Counted from the stretch's first letter, positions 12,001-24,447 are shown. The stretch is DNA of 40,737 bases from Geosiphon pyriformis uo1 (GCA_016748015.1 JAAOMT010000578.1:56329-97065), one strand, 5' to 3'. Translations and numbers: made by a program. The notes: a model not told the origin generated them from the sequence alone.

Positions 12001-15000
12001 AGAACATACCTGGGAGATTACTATTGACACTTAGAACAATGACAACAAAAACAAATCAACACCAACAAGCTGGGAAGAAAAAAGAAAGAGAAAAAAAGAA
12101 GACTTACCTGAAGAAACTAACAAAATCACCAAGAAAATAACCAGTGGCTGGGAAAGAAAATACTTACATGAGTCAGTAAAGAAGCCACCTTACATTTTCT
12201 TAAAATGTCAGGACTATAAGAAGAAATTCTCTTCCATAGAAGCATGGATCGCACCTGACAAAGACTACTGGACGAGAACCCACTATTATTGCAAACCATG
12301 TGATAGAGAATGCTATGACTACCCAAAACAACAAAGCAAGTGGGACAATGAACTATGTCTTACTTGTGGCAAACAGTTACTTGACAAAAGAATGTGGAAT
12401 GACATTCCTAGTCAGGGAGGAACATGTGACACTTCATGCCAATACACAATCCTCATTAGCGATTGGGTAAGTTATGGCATGTCAATAACAGCCGCCTGGC
12501 ACCGAGCAATCTCTCGCTTAGAAGGTTATCCACACAACAAAGATGAAATCTGGCAAATGGCTAATGCCAAAGTAGAAGAAACTATGTCCAGCAAAATCCT
12601 GAAAATTAAAAACAACCTGCCTAAACAGGTTGACATCATTCTGATCCCCAATCCAGATGCTTTCCTCAACATTGAAACCAACCCAGAAGACTTTCACAAG
12701 CATTACCAAAATCTGGTACCCACAAGAGAAGAACAAAAAGAGCATTTAGCACAGCTAAACACTTAACTATGTGACCACTGTTTGATTCCATGTGACTTTC
12801 AGTATTGTAATGAGTGTGACCTTATTTACAATCCACCATCATGCATGATCTACACGATCCCAGAAGAAATCAAACCAATCAGCAATTGTGTATCGGAATC
12901 AGAATCAATTTTCAATCCCGATTCAAACTCCAATAACGATGACAACAATAGTTCTAGCTCAGTTCAATATGGCAATGAAATTAACTCAAATTTAGACTCT
13001 AATCCCAATTACAAACAATACATTGCCTTATCAGATCTTTCAAAAGAACAAGAGTTGAAATGGTACAGTAACAATGATAAAAGTATTATGCTAGAATGTG
13101 CACATGATATTGATGCTGGATTTGATCTGAGGTATTCAGGAAAAGATGCCATAAAATTGGAACCACATTTGCACACCTGCATTAATCTCAAAATAGCATT
13201 GGAAATTCTAACAACAACCATGGTTCAACTAGCATTTAGGAATAGTTTAGCAAAAAAAAGAATAAATATCAGAGGAGGAATAATTGATACTGAATATGTG
13301 GGAAATATCATGGCAATGCTACAAAATGACTCAGAAAAGACCTATATTATAAAGCCAAACAAAAAGATAGCACAGGCAATATTCCTACCTTTGGTTAAGA
13401 TAGCTCAGTTAGTGTCAGTAGAAAATAGAGAGGAATTAGAAATAACAGCAAGAGGAATTCAGGGATTTGGATCTACAGGTAAAATAGATGTACTGGTTAA
13501 TATGATAGAAGAAAAAACTATTGGCCAAGAAAAATTTATCTCAATCGGTCAAGCAATTTCTATTCTACCATATGACCAGTACATAATAGTGATAGAAAGA
13601 AAGGTGAAAAATCAAGCACAGATTTTTGAAGCAGAAGCAAGTCTTTGTAAATCAGAAGGGATTGGACTCATCAATCTTGACATACCAGCCAAAAACCATA
13701 ATCACATTAAAATTCCCATTTACAACAATACAGGGAATGTTGTAGAGATACCAGAAGGAACCACCATCAGATATTTAACCACAGAAATAGAAGACCAGCC
13801 ACCAAACACTGTACCAGACTTTCTACAGCTGTGCGAATATGTTGACATTACTTCACAAACCATATACGAATGAAATGAATGTTATTTGCTCTAACCAGAA
13901 TAATTGGAACAAATAAACATGAGAAACTTAGACCCACTTTAACATATGCAGCTCAAGATGTTGCTCAGCAATTTTAACAACATGTTTGCCAGCAAAAATG
14001 AATTTGGTCACACTGACATCATCCAACACCAAATCAAGACTGAAGATGCAATGCCAATTTAACAAAAAACATACAGAGTACCACCAGTCAGTCATGAGAT
14101 CATCTGTTAAGAAATCAATTGAATGCTTGACAATAGGCTAATTCAGCCATTAATAAGCTCATGGTCATCACCAGTGATACTTATCTGTAAAAAGAATGAA
14201 AAGATCCACTTCTGTGTGGATTATAGAAAGCTCAATGGAGTAACTCGTAAAAACAGCTATTTGACTCCACGAATTCAAGAGTTATTTGATGCTTTCAGTG
14301 GAAACAAATGGTTCTCAACATTGGATCTAAACAATGATTACTGACAAGTAGCCATGGATCCAGCAGACAAAGAAAAGACAGCTTTTATAACAAAAGAAGG
14401 GAATTTTGAATTTGAAGTGATGTCATTTGGCTTAACCAACACCCCAGCCACCTTTCAATAGCTTATGAAAATTGTTTACACCAGCTTATTGTGAAAATCA
14501 GTAGTCGTATACTTAGACAACACCAATGTATTCTCAAGGATGTTTGATGATTATTTCCATCATCTACAACAAGTATTTGAAAGACTTCAGCAAGCAGAAC
14601 TAAAGTTAAATGCCACAAAATGCTTTTTCGGAAAAACAGAATTGAAATTCTTAGGACATATAGTCAGCAAAAATGGCATAAAAACAGATCCAGAAAAGAT
14701 AGAGATAGTAAAGAACTTTCCAGTACTCACCAATGTGATAGAACTAAAATTATTCTTGGGATTTGCAAGCTATTATTGTCACTTCATCAAAGATTTTTCT
14801 AAAATAGCTTAGCCACTCAATTATCTTCAAACCAAGAATGTAAAATATGAATGGACTGAAATCCAGCAAGAAGCTTTTAACATTTTAAGAAGAAAGCTCA
14901 TCCAAGCTTTAGTATTGATCTATCCATATTACAGCAAACCATTCATCATTACTACTGATGTATCAGGTCAAGCATTGAGAGCAGTACTATCTCAGAGAGG

Positions 15001-15313
15001 ATCAGATAAAAGAGAACATTCAGTTGCATATGCCAGCTGAGGATTAACACCAGCCAAAAAGAATTATGGAACACCAGAATTAGAACATTTAGCAATTTAT
15101 TGGGCAGTCATGAAATGGAAAAAATACTTGAGCCAGAAATTTGAGGTGTATACAGATTACAAGGGATTGACATCACTCCAAAAACAAGAATTTGGAGATG
15201 GCAGACAATCAAGATGAAAAATGGCACTCTCACTATATACTTATATTATATATTATAAAAAAGAAAAAAACAATGGAAATGCTGATGGTTTGTCATGAAT
15301 GAGACAAATTTAA
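9065..15313 (+). pseudogene. Element A gag-pro-dUTPase-RT-RNase H polyprotein (about 2080 codons, single frame, broken by point-mutation stops)
   Basis: ORF pieces 9065, 9707, 10469, 11345, 12392, 12782, 14123 and 14540 are all in the same frame. Capsid-like MAYTPIAKLDNFTG from 10049; CHYCGKQKHIQINC knuckle 10787-10828; protease LILNSGS (decayed DSG); RT VVVYLDN; RNase H TTDVS..ELEHLA..YTDY..NADGLS. Confidence 0.95.
13085..13480 (+). other. dUTPase domain inside the element A polyprotein
   Basis: All five trimeric dUTPase motifs are recognisable: AGFDL, (S)RNS, GGIIDTEYVG, KIAQAIF, RGIQGFGSTG. Confidence 0.95.
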
Positions 15314-15374
15314 TAACATTTCAATCCAAAAATATAACAAAACCAAACCAAATCCAACGAAAATATAACAAAAA

Positions 15375-17292
15375 ATGAACATACAAAAATATTAACAACT
15401 CAAACATTATATAGATACTCAACAGTTCAAGAAGAAATTATCTTAATCAGAACGCAATAGTATCAAACAACAATCAAAATACTTTATTACTTATCAAAAT
15501 ATACTTTATCGGAAGAATAAAAAAAATCTAGATCAACCAACCAAAGTAGTTACAGAGCCAGAAAAAGAAACAATTTTATACAACATGCACTCAAATCCAA
15601 CAGCGGGACATTTCCACAAAGAAGCAACCATGGAAAGAACCAGAAAAAAATACTATTGGCCATCAATATATTCAGACATCATCCAATATGTTCAAAATTG
15701 TGATGCTTGTCAAAGAAAAAGAGGAACAAGACCAAGTGAATTGTTAAGACCAATCAAAGTAGGACAACCATTTGATCACATTGGAATTGACTTAGTCAGA
15801 CCATTAACAATTACCAGCAGAGGAAACAGATATATTACAGTAGCCATGGACTATCTCACTAAATGGCCAAAAGCAAAAGCAATTTAAAGAGTGGATGCAG
15901 AATCCATTGCCAAATTCATTCATCAAGATTTGATTTGTCGACATGAATGTCCAAAAGAACTATTATCAGACCAAAGAACTCATTTTGTGAATAGAACATT
16001 GGCAGAATTGAGCCAAAGATTCGAAATTAAGAGACCACTATTATCACCCTACCATCCACAAACAAACAGTCTAGTTAAAAGATTTAACAGAACATTGTGT
16101 AAAGCAATCACTAAGATCAGCTAAGGAAACCAAAATGAATGAGATTTATTCATACCATCAGTACTATTTGCTTATCGGACAATAAAACAAGATACTACAT
16201 AAGCAACACTATTTGAATTAGTGTATGGAAGAACAACAACATTACCAGTAGAGAGAAAAATTAATACATATTTAGCTGAACCAATAACAGAAGAGAATTT
16301 TCAAGAAACATTGTTAAGAAGAACATATAACTTAATAGAAACATTGGAAAACAAATGAAAAAGAGCAGCTGATAATATTTAAAAGTCACAAGAGAAACAG
16401 ATAGAAAGACATGATAGTCAACTACCAAACAAACTAGTTGAATTCAAGATTGAAGACAAAATACTCTTACATTATACCAAAGTAGAAAAACAATGGAGTA
16501 GAAAATTCGACCCCAAATGGGATAGACCATTTCACATAGAAAAAATTTTAGGAAATGAAGCTTACAAATTAAGACTGGACAACAAAATTTTAACCAAAGC
16601 AGCACATGGAAATTGACTGAAACCATACCACAACACCACACCACTATCCACCAGTAATATTTTACAATTAAAAGTACAGAGAATACTAGTCCAACCAGAT
16701 GAGATTCCACAAAATCTGGAATCAATCATTATTATTGACAACAACACGTTAAATTGATCCATTAAAAGAATATATAAAGACATGGTAGATGTGATAGAAA
16801 ATATCAGAAAAATGGAAATTACAGACAACATTCACTTATTAGCACAACAACTCTTTCAATTGATCCAACACCAAGAAATGGAAATTACAATCAATTAATA
16901 AACCATTCAATATCAAGATACTAGAAAGACATTACAACACAGAAAACAGAAGAAATCAGAAAATACCATCGACAAAATTATTGCAAAAATAAAATTGGCA
17001 ATAAAAGAATTGACAAAAGAGTCAATATACCAAGAGTTGATTAAAGAAACTTGGAATTGATGGATACAACAATTTCTAAGAAACTATTGTTATTTTTACT
17101 TGAAACAACACGTGAATATTCAGAACTTATATATGGATAAAACAAAGCAGTTATTTGACACAACAATACTACAACAACTAAAACATTTTGTGGGAAAAAA
17201 CAACTTATTTACATAAGCTCAAGCTATATACCGAATACACACAGTATTTCAGGATCGACCAGAAATCTTACTCAACAAAGCAATGGATACGG
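15375..17292 (+). pseudogene. Element A integrase ORF, part 1 (own ATG; HHCC, DDE core, GPY/F, long C-terminal extension), interrupted by element B
   Basis: HSNPTAGH...CDAC; IGIDLV, LLSDQRTHF, NSLVKRFNRTL (E decayed to K); KWDRPFHI GPY/F-like. The frame is constant from 15375 to the B insertion. Confidence 0.93.
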
Positions 17293-18142
17293 TGTTATGG
17301 TTTAAAAATTTAGCAAAAGAATCATAAAAATAATATAAACTATTTAATCATAATATAGCACAGTAATAATCTTAGAAAAATAATGATTAACATAGTAGCA
17401 AACACCATCTTGTAATAATGGCAAGCACCAGTTCACAATAGCAGTTAACACCAACTGATGATAGCAGCAAACACCAGATTGAAATATCAAAAAAAAAGTA
17501 TTACAATATGTTTTCTTGTAGAACTACAAACATATATATATACAGTAGCTTTAATATTAAGAAAAGTCAATCAAGTAATAAAAATCATAACTTATTAAGC
17601 AATAGATCCAATTTATTTAACAAACTCCACTTTAAAATCGTACTTTTAAATCAAAAAAAAATGAAAAAAAATATTTAAAACTGAATTATCACAACTCCAA
17701 AGTAGTAAGAAACTCACTTGTATTATTTATTAAATGAAACTATCATTCATCAGCTGAATTCCTTGGAAGAATAATCTCTGATCAAGATTATTCATGTTGT
17801 TACTAATTAATAAAAGCTTTATTGTAAGAATTAGAAAAAATGCCAAAGGCCATTAATATTTCATGTTTCTAGATTAGAGAAACACATTAGACAATTGCAA
17901 GGATAGCCTCAGAGAAGACCCCAAACAGTGGGTAGATTTCAGTTTAGCCTCTGAAAAGGAGTACATAAACACACACAATAATCAGGAATTGAGAAATAAC
18001 TTACATTGTAACATTAAAGAGAAAGCCTTCAATATAACAGTGACATTATCACACAAATAGAATTGAAGAATTCATGAGAGACTGATTGTAATTAAAACAG
18101 GATATCGGCAATTAAATATACCAAGAAAACCATTCCGTAACA
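17293..18142 (+). repeat. Element B 5' LTR
   Basis: Direct repeat of 24461-25310 with identical length. Confidence 0.97.
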
Positions 18143-18160
18143 TTTAGTGAACCCTACAAA
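18143..18160 (+). other. Primer binding site of element B (TTTAGTGAACCCTAC..., probably decayed TTTGGTGAACCC)
   Basis: Position directly after the LTR and same TTT(G/A)GTG start as A and C; the remainder differs from A. Confidence 0.6.
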
Positions 18161-18224
18161 GAAAGAAAATCAAAAAGGAAATAATAATTAACAATAATTC
18201 ATTGCTAAAAAGGAAGAGACAAAA

Positions 18225-21200
18225 GTGGTAACAAAAACCCCTAATCATACTGTTCTTGAATTCTGCTGTGCTATTTACACACAAAATCAAAGTAATCTTG
18301 GATTACCAGAAGGATGTTGTCCAGCAGAATCTGCTCTTACTTATTATATCAATGCCAAAATAAATTATTATATAGGAAAAGAAGAAGAACCACATGACAC
18401 AAAACTTGGATTGTATAGAGATTTATCACAATACACTACAAAAAAAGTAGCAGTAATAGCCACAATTATTGTCAAAATCCATTGAGAAATTGAGCAATAC
18501 GCCAACGAAAATTTTCTAATATCCACAGGAAACACTAGAGAACACACCAACAAAACCAAAGAAAATTTAGAAACTAATCAGGAAAGTAATCAGCAAAAAC
18601 TAGGAACACTTGCTCAAACACCAAAGAAAACTGTCACTTAATCAATAAAAAAACAACGTATTTATTCACCAAAAAATAAATCATATTATTTTTCACCAGA
18701 AAATAAGATACAGATTCCATTAGGAGCTGCATCATTATCAATATCAACTCCACAAATGCCAAGAACTTCTAATTATACTGATAAAATTAAACAATATAAC
18801 TGGGGAGACATACCAATTACAGAAGGATATTCATCACTATTCTAAAACCCTCTTTTTTAGCCAAAATTTGAAACGGGGTTTGAAAACCATGAAGAGGAGT
18901 CTGAATTGGAATCCGAAAAAGAGACCAGCAAAAAAACAATTACAAGACTAGTTACTGAAACAAGCAGCCAGTTCAGAAATCAAGAAACTCGTGATCAAGA
19001 AGAAGAACTGGATATAAAAGAAGCCATCTTTAAGAATGTTCAAGGAAATATCATCCCACCTTCTCTTAGACCAATAAACCCATTAGCAGAAAATGGCAAC
19101 AAAATGGCCACATCATATATTGCAAGACTAACAAATTTCTCAGAAGAAGAAGAAGAAACGGACATATACACGTGGCTCAGAGAAGTGCAAAAAACCATTC
19201 AGGCAAATAACTGGAACAACCAAAGAGCAATTTAAACATTACCTTTTTTCTTAAAAGGCACAGTCGACTTGTGATATCAAAGTCTGGAAACAAAACCCAC
19301 AAGCTTCACCAAATTTAAAAATGCACTCCTGGAGTATTTTAGTGATCTAAATGCTATAATCCAACTACAGAACAAATTCAACACTATCAAGCAAGGTATC
19401 AGTAAAACTGTTACCCAATACCTTGCTTGATTCAATTGAATTTGCCGTCAGATTGAAGTGATTGAACAAGGATACTACACTAATCTTTAGGTTCTAAATC
19501 AGTTTATTAGAGAATTAAAAAGCAGTATTTTAGGAAGAGTACACCCTGCCTACCCTAATTCCTTACCAGAAGCCATTACACTCGCCAAAGCTCTTGAATT
19601 GGCTGAGAAAGAAGCTAACCATAGTCAAATGGTTAACATGATAATGGAGGAAAATAAGACAGAAACATTAAAGAAAAGAGTAATGCAATTAGAGGAAGAA
19701 CTCTCTAAGAAAATAGAAAGTTACTTCATCCTAGATCCAAGAAGAAATACATACCAACCACCCCAAAAATGCAGCCAAGAAGTCAGCAACAGTCGAAATA
19801 ATTGCTCATCATGCCAGAAATTCAGAACAGAAACGTGCACCTGCCATTTTTGCAAATGCATAGGACATTTGATTAGTCAATGTTGAATGTGAATGATGCA
19901 GGAAGCATGCAAAAATAATTATTACATGCTACCCCAAATGCTCAGAAACCAGTACATGCCAATACCACACCAATATCCCACTATGTATCAAAATCAAGAA
20001 ACTTACCAACAACAGTCCATAATAGCCAACCCAAATTGGTGTTCCAAGCCCCGAAATCAGCCCATGTAAAACCAGAATGCGTTGGTTCAGAGGAATCCAA
20101 ACTGTGCTGGAACCAGTCAGCAAACCAATCCAAACTACCAAAATTATCAACAAACTTACCTTAATATACCAGAAAATCTGATCATTAGAAACAATGACAA
20201 TAGAAACATAAACAAAACCAAAAATTCCTCCAACAAATTGAGCCAAACAATACTACCAGCAGTTACTACTGAAAATAGCAGCCTCGCAGCTATTTTTCCT
20301 TTTAAATTAGAGGAAAACGAGACTATGTTCAGTAGAGCAGCATTGGACAAAAAACGCCCAATCACTGCTATATATACAGAAGCCACTGTAAACAATACCC
20401 CAATTAAACTTATCTTAGATAACGAATCCACTAAAAGCATTGTAATGCTTCAACTAGTAAACCAACTGGGTTTCAAAGTTGATCGTGCTGCAATGTCCTA
20501 AATTATAACAGTTGATAGAAGTACAAAGCTGCCTTATGGCAAAATCAACTCATTTTTTTTTAAAATTAACAGCATAGTAATATTTACAAAAGTATTAGTA
20601 ATGGACACTACACAATATCAAGCATTAGTAGGGAATAACTGGCTAACAAAAGCCAACACCACCTTAGACTGGACCACCCAAGAGCTTCTGATCAATTATA
20701 ATGGCCACCAGGCCAGAATTCCAGCCACCTGTGGCCACTTCCAAAAACCCAGCATCAACTAAAGACTTACCTTCGAATTTAAGGAAAATCCAGCACTACC
20801 AGCCATTAAAACCTATCAACTCTTTTGGGCTGATGACCAAAGAACAGGACTACCAGCTGTACCAACGTGGATCAGCAAAGAAAAATCTAAATGGAACCAG
20901 ATAAGTCTACAAAGAAACCACCAGTAACACAGACCAAAGCTAGAATGCTCAGTTTGCAAGAAAAAACTTTTGTCTATAATAGCGTGCAGCACACCAGATA
21001 AAGACCCAAGAAATCTCACCCACTACTATTGTAACTATTGTAACAAAGAAAAATACAGTTATCCAGAAAGACACGGAAAATGGAATGAGAAACCATGCTT
21101 CACTTGTGGAGAACTATTACCAAGAGGGTGTAACTAAAATGACATATCAGGCAGAGGAGAAACGTGTAACACAACTTGCCAATGCACAATCCTCATCTAT

Positions 21201-23935
21201 AACTGGGTAAGAGAAGGAACGCCATTTGAAGCAGTGTTCAACAGAGCATTAAAAAGACTATAGCACTACTCACACAATAAGGACGAGTTGTACAACACTG
21301 CACAGACCAAAGTAAAAGGAAGAACTGCCGAAGAAATATGACATTGAAAAGAGTCAGCTGAAGTAGCCAACGAAGTCACTAGCTACAACATGTTCGACCC
21401 AGTGGACGAATTTCAGAACTACTACCAACAACTATGCCCTATTCAATAAGAGCAAGAACAATACCTCGCCCAAATCAACATTTACTTTTGTAAAAACTAT
21501 CTTATCTCATGCCAAAATCAGTGCTGTGAAGAGTGTCAAGACAAAAGGGACTTAGAAAAAAAAATGGAAATTGAGAATTAACAGTCTCAAAATCAATCAA
21601 TAAATCAACAAGACTTACCTGATGGTCCTGAGTCAGAAAAATTTGTAGCCTATACTGACCTAGAACAGATAATTGATATTCAATACTTTGACAATGGGCA
21701 CTTAGGAATAATACCCAAAAGAGTCCATCCAACTGACACTGGATTCGATCTACATTATCTTGAAGACAAATCCACAACATTACCACCCAGGAGCATCACC
21801 AAAATCAACCTGAAAATAGTGGTTGAAATTCTACCAGGAATAATAATTCAAATAGTGTCGCAATCAAGCCTCGCGAAAAAAGGAATAAGTGTTCAAAGAG
21901 GAGTAATTGACTCTGAATACACTGGAAATTTGATGGTTTTGCTACAAAACAATTCAGAAAAGCCTTATACCATTGAATCTAAGGAAAAAATTGCACAAAC
22001 AATTTTTCTACTATTGGTAAAAATTGGGAAATTTGTGCCAGTGAAAAATCGTGAGGAATTGTTACAAACAACAAGAAGAACTTTTGATTTCGGATTGACA
22101 GAAAAAGGGATTGAAGCAAATTTTGCTGAAACAATAGAGGAAAAAGGCAAAGTAATTAAAACTGAGTGGTCCATTACACTCCTATTATATCAAAAATCAG
22201 AAATAAGAATAAAAAAGACAATTAAAGAAAAAGACTTAATATTTGAGTCCTACCCAGAAACTTGCCAACAGTTTTTCATAGGACTTATTAACCTTTTTAT
22301 TCCAGCTAATAAAACTCAATAGATAAAAATTCCTATTACAAACACCACAAAAGAACCTGTCTGCATTCCAAAAGATACCATTATTGGATACCTTGAAACA
22401 GAGCTAGAAAATGCGTCAACACCACAAAAAATTCTAAATTTCCCAGAAATCACCCTCTATTGTGAACTCACTTCAATAAATTGGCAGCAACCATTGGAAT
22501 ACTATCAATTTATGCCAGAAAAATTGGCCAAATTAAACATTGAAACAATGGATCCTGATCAACAGTGACAATTAAAAGCATTAATTTTAAAATACTCTGA
22601 TATATTTTCACAAAATGATGAATTTAGAAGAACCAACTTGGTTCAACACCAAATCCCCACTGGAGATGCCAGACCTGAAAAACAACGTGCTTACTATATC
22701 CCACTAATGGAGCATAATTTTATCAGAGAAAAGTCTAAAGCATGTTGGAAAAAGGAATAATCTAACCATTAATGAGTTTATGGTCCTCACCAGTTGTTTT
22801 AGTAAAGAAAAAGAACAGAAAAATTAGATTTTGCATCAACTATCACAAATTAAACAGCAAAACAACCAAAGACTCATACCCAATACTGTTAATTGACAAA
22901 ATCTTTGACATTTTTGGAGAAGCAAAATGGTTTTCTACACTTGACTTGACCAGTGAGTACTGGCAAGTAGAAATGGACCCAAAGAACAGGCATAAAACAG
23001 CATTTACAACACAAAATGGCAATTATGAGTTCAATATAATGCCATTTGGATTGACAAACACTCTTGTGACATTCCAAAGACTAATAGACATAATTTACTT
23101 CAGAATCCTGTGCCAATCTATTGTTGTCTACTTGGATGATACAAATGTTTTCTTGTCAAAATTCACGGATTATCTCTAACATTTGCAACAAGTTTTTGAG
23201 AGATTGAGACACGCTGGACTTAAACTAAATCTAGAAAAATGTTTTTTTGGGAAAAATAAGCTAGCATTTTTAGGATATGTAGTTGAAAAAGATGGAATAA
23301 AACCAGATCCATCAAAAATAAACAAAGTAAAAAATTTCCCAGTACCTCAAAACATTTCAAAAGTTAGAAGCTTTTTAGAACTCGCATCTTACTACTGCTG
23401 CTTTGTAGAAAACTTTTCAAGCATTGTCAAACCTCTTAATTACCTATTATCCAAAAATATGAAATTTGAATAGACTAAAGCACAACAAAAAGCTTTTGAG
23501 TACCTTAGACAAAACCTCATTGAATTACCAATAATAATCTATCTGAATTTCAACAAGAAATTCATTTTGGCCACAGATGTCTCTAGAACTGGATTTGGAG
23601 CCATTCTGTCACAAAAAGATGATAATAGAAGAGAACATGTAATCACTTATGCCAACAGAAGTCTTAGTATGACAGAGTAAAACTATGCAGCACACAAACT
23701 TGAATGCTTAGCAGTAGTCTGGAGTTGTGTTCACTTTGACACATATTTACAGTACCAATCCTTTGAGATTATTACAGATCATAGAGATCTGGTCTGGTTA
23801 AATAACAAAAAAGTGCTAAAAAGAAAATATGCCAGATGGTCACAAACGTTAGCACCATACAATTATATTATCAAATACAAAGAAGGTACCAAAAATGCTA
23901 ATGCTGACTGTTTGTCAAGAATAAGACATACATAA
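18225..23935 (+). pseudogene. Element B gag-pro-dUTPase-RT-RNase H polyprotein (many stops, one apparent 1-bp deletion near 22730)
   Basis: ORFs 18225, 18906, 19599, 20082 and 21819 share one frame; 22772 and 23183 are shifted by -1. CHFCKCIGHLISQC knuckle; LILDNES protease; TGFDL..GVIDSEYTG..KIAQ dUTPase; VVYLDDTNVF RT; NADCLSRIRHT-stop. Confidence 0.94.
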
Positions 23936-23964
23936 AAATCACCAACCCATCCACCACAACAACA

Positions 23965-24447
23965 ATGAACAACCACTTTTACAAAAACCTCAGCCAATAC
24001 TTGGAAACACTACAAATAGACAAAAAAATGCCAGTAAAAGAGCTAATTAAACTCCAAAAATTAGCAAAACACTATTTTATCCAAAATTACATATTTTATT
24101 ACCGGAATTGACAAAATCCAGATAATCCATTAAGAGTTATAACCATGGATGAAAAAAAAACTATCTTATTTAACATGTATTCAGATATTCATTCAGACCA
24201 CTTTAGAAAAACCAACACTATATTCCATTCAAAAACAGTTTACAGAATTTTCAAAGCATTTGAAAACTGTTACAAACTATTGTTGGACCCAACCATGAAC
24301 ATAATAACAACCAACAGTATTGAACAACTTACTAACTCGCAATTTCAAGAATTACAACAACAAATTAATAATACAGTATTAAACCACTATAGTAACTTAG
24401 AATTTAATGAAGAAATTAACTTCAATTTTGACAGAGCTCACTATTAA
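23965..24447 (+). pseudogene. Element B integrase ORF remnant: N-terminus fused in frame to the extreme C-terminal tail, catalytic core missing
   Basis: ATG at 23965; EKKTILFNMYSDIHSDHF matches A EKETILYNMHSNPTAGHF. It then jumps to VYRIFKAF...FQELQQQI...FDRAHY, matching A IYRIHTVF...FEELQTQI...FNGA*Y. Confidence 0.88.

Noticed and set aside
16630-17292. env-like gene or chromodomain after integrase
   Set aside because: In frame with integrase, with no signal peptide, hydrophobic transmembrane run or chromodomain pattern that I can see.
10821-23077. Numerous minus-strand ORFs inside elements A and B
   Set aside because: Antisense shadows of A-rich coding sequence with no recognisable motifs or conservation between A and B.
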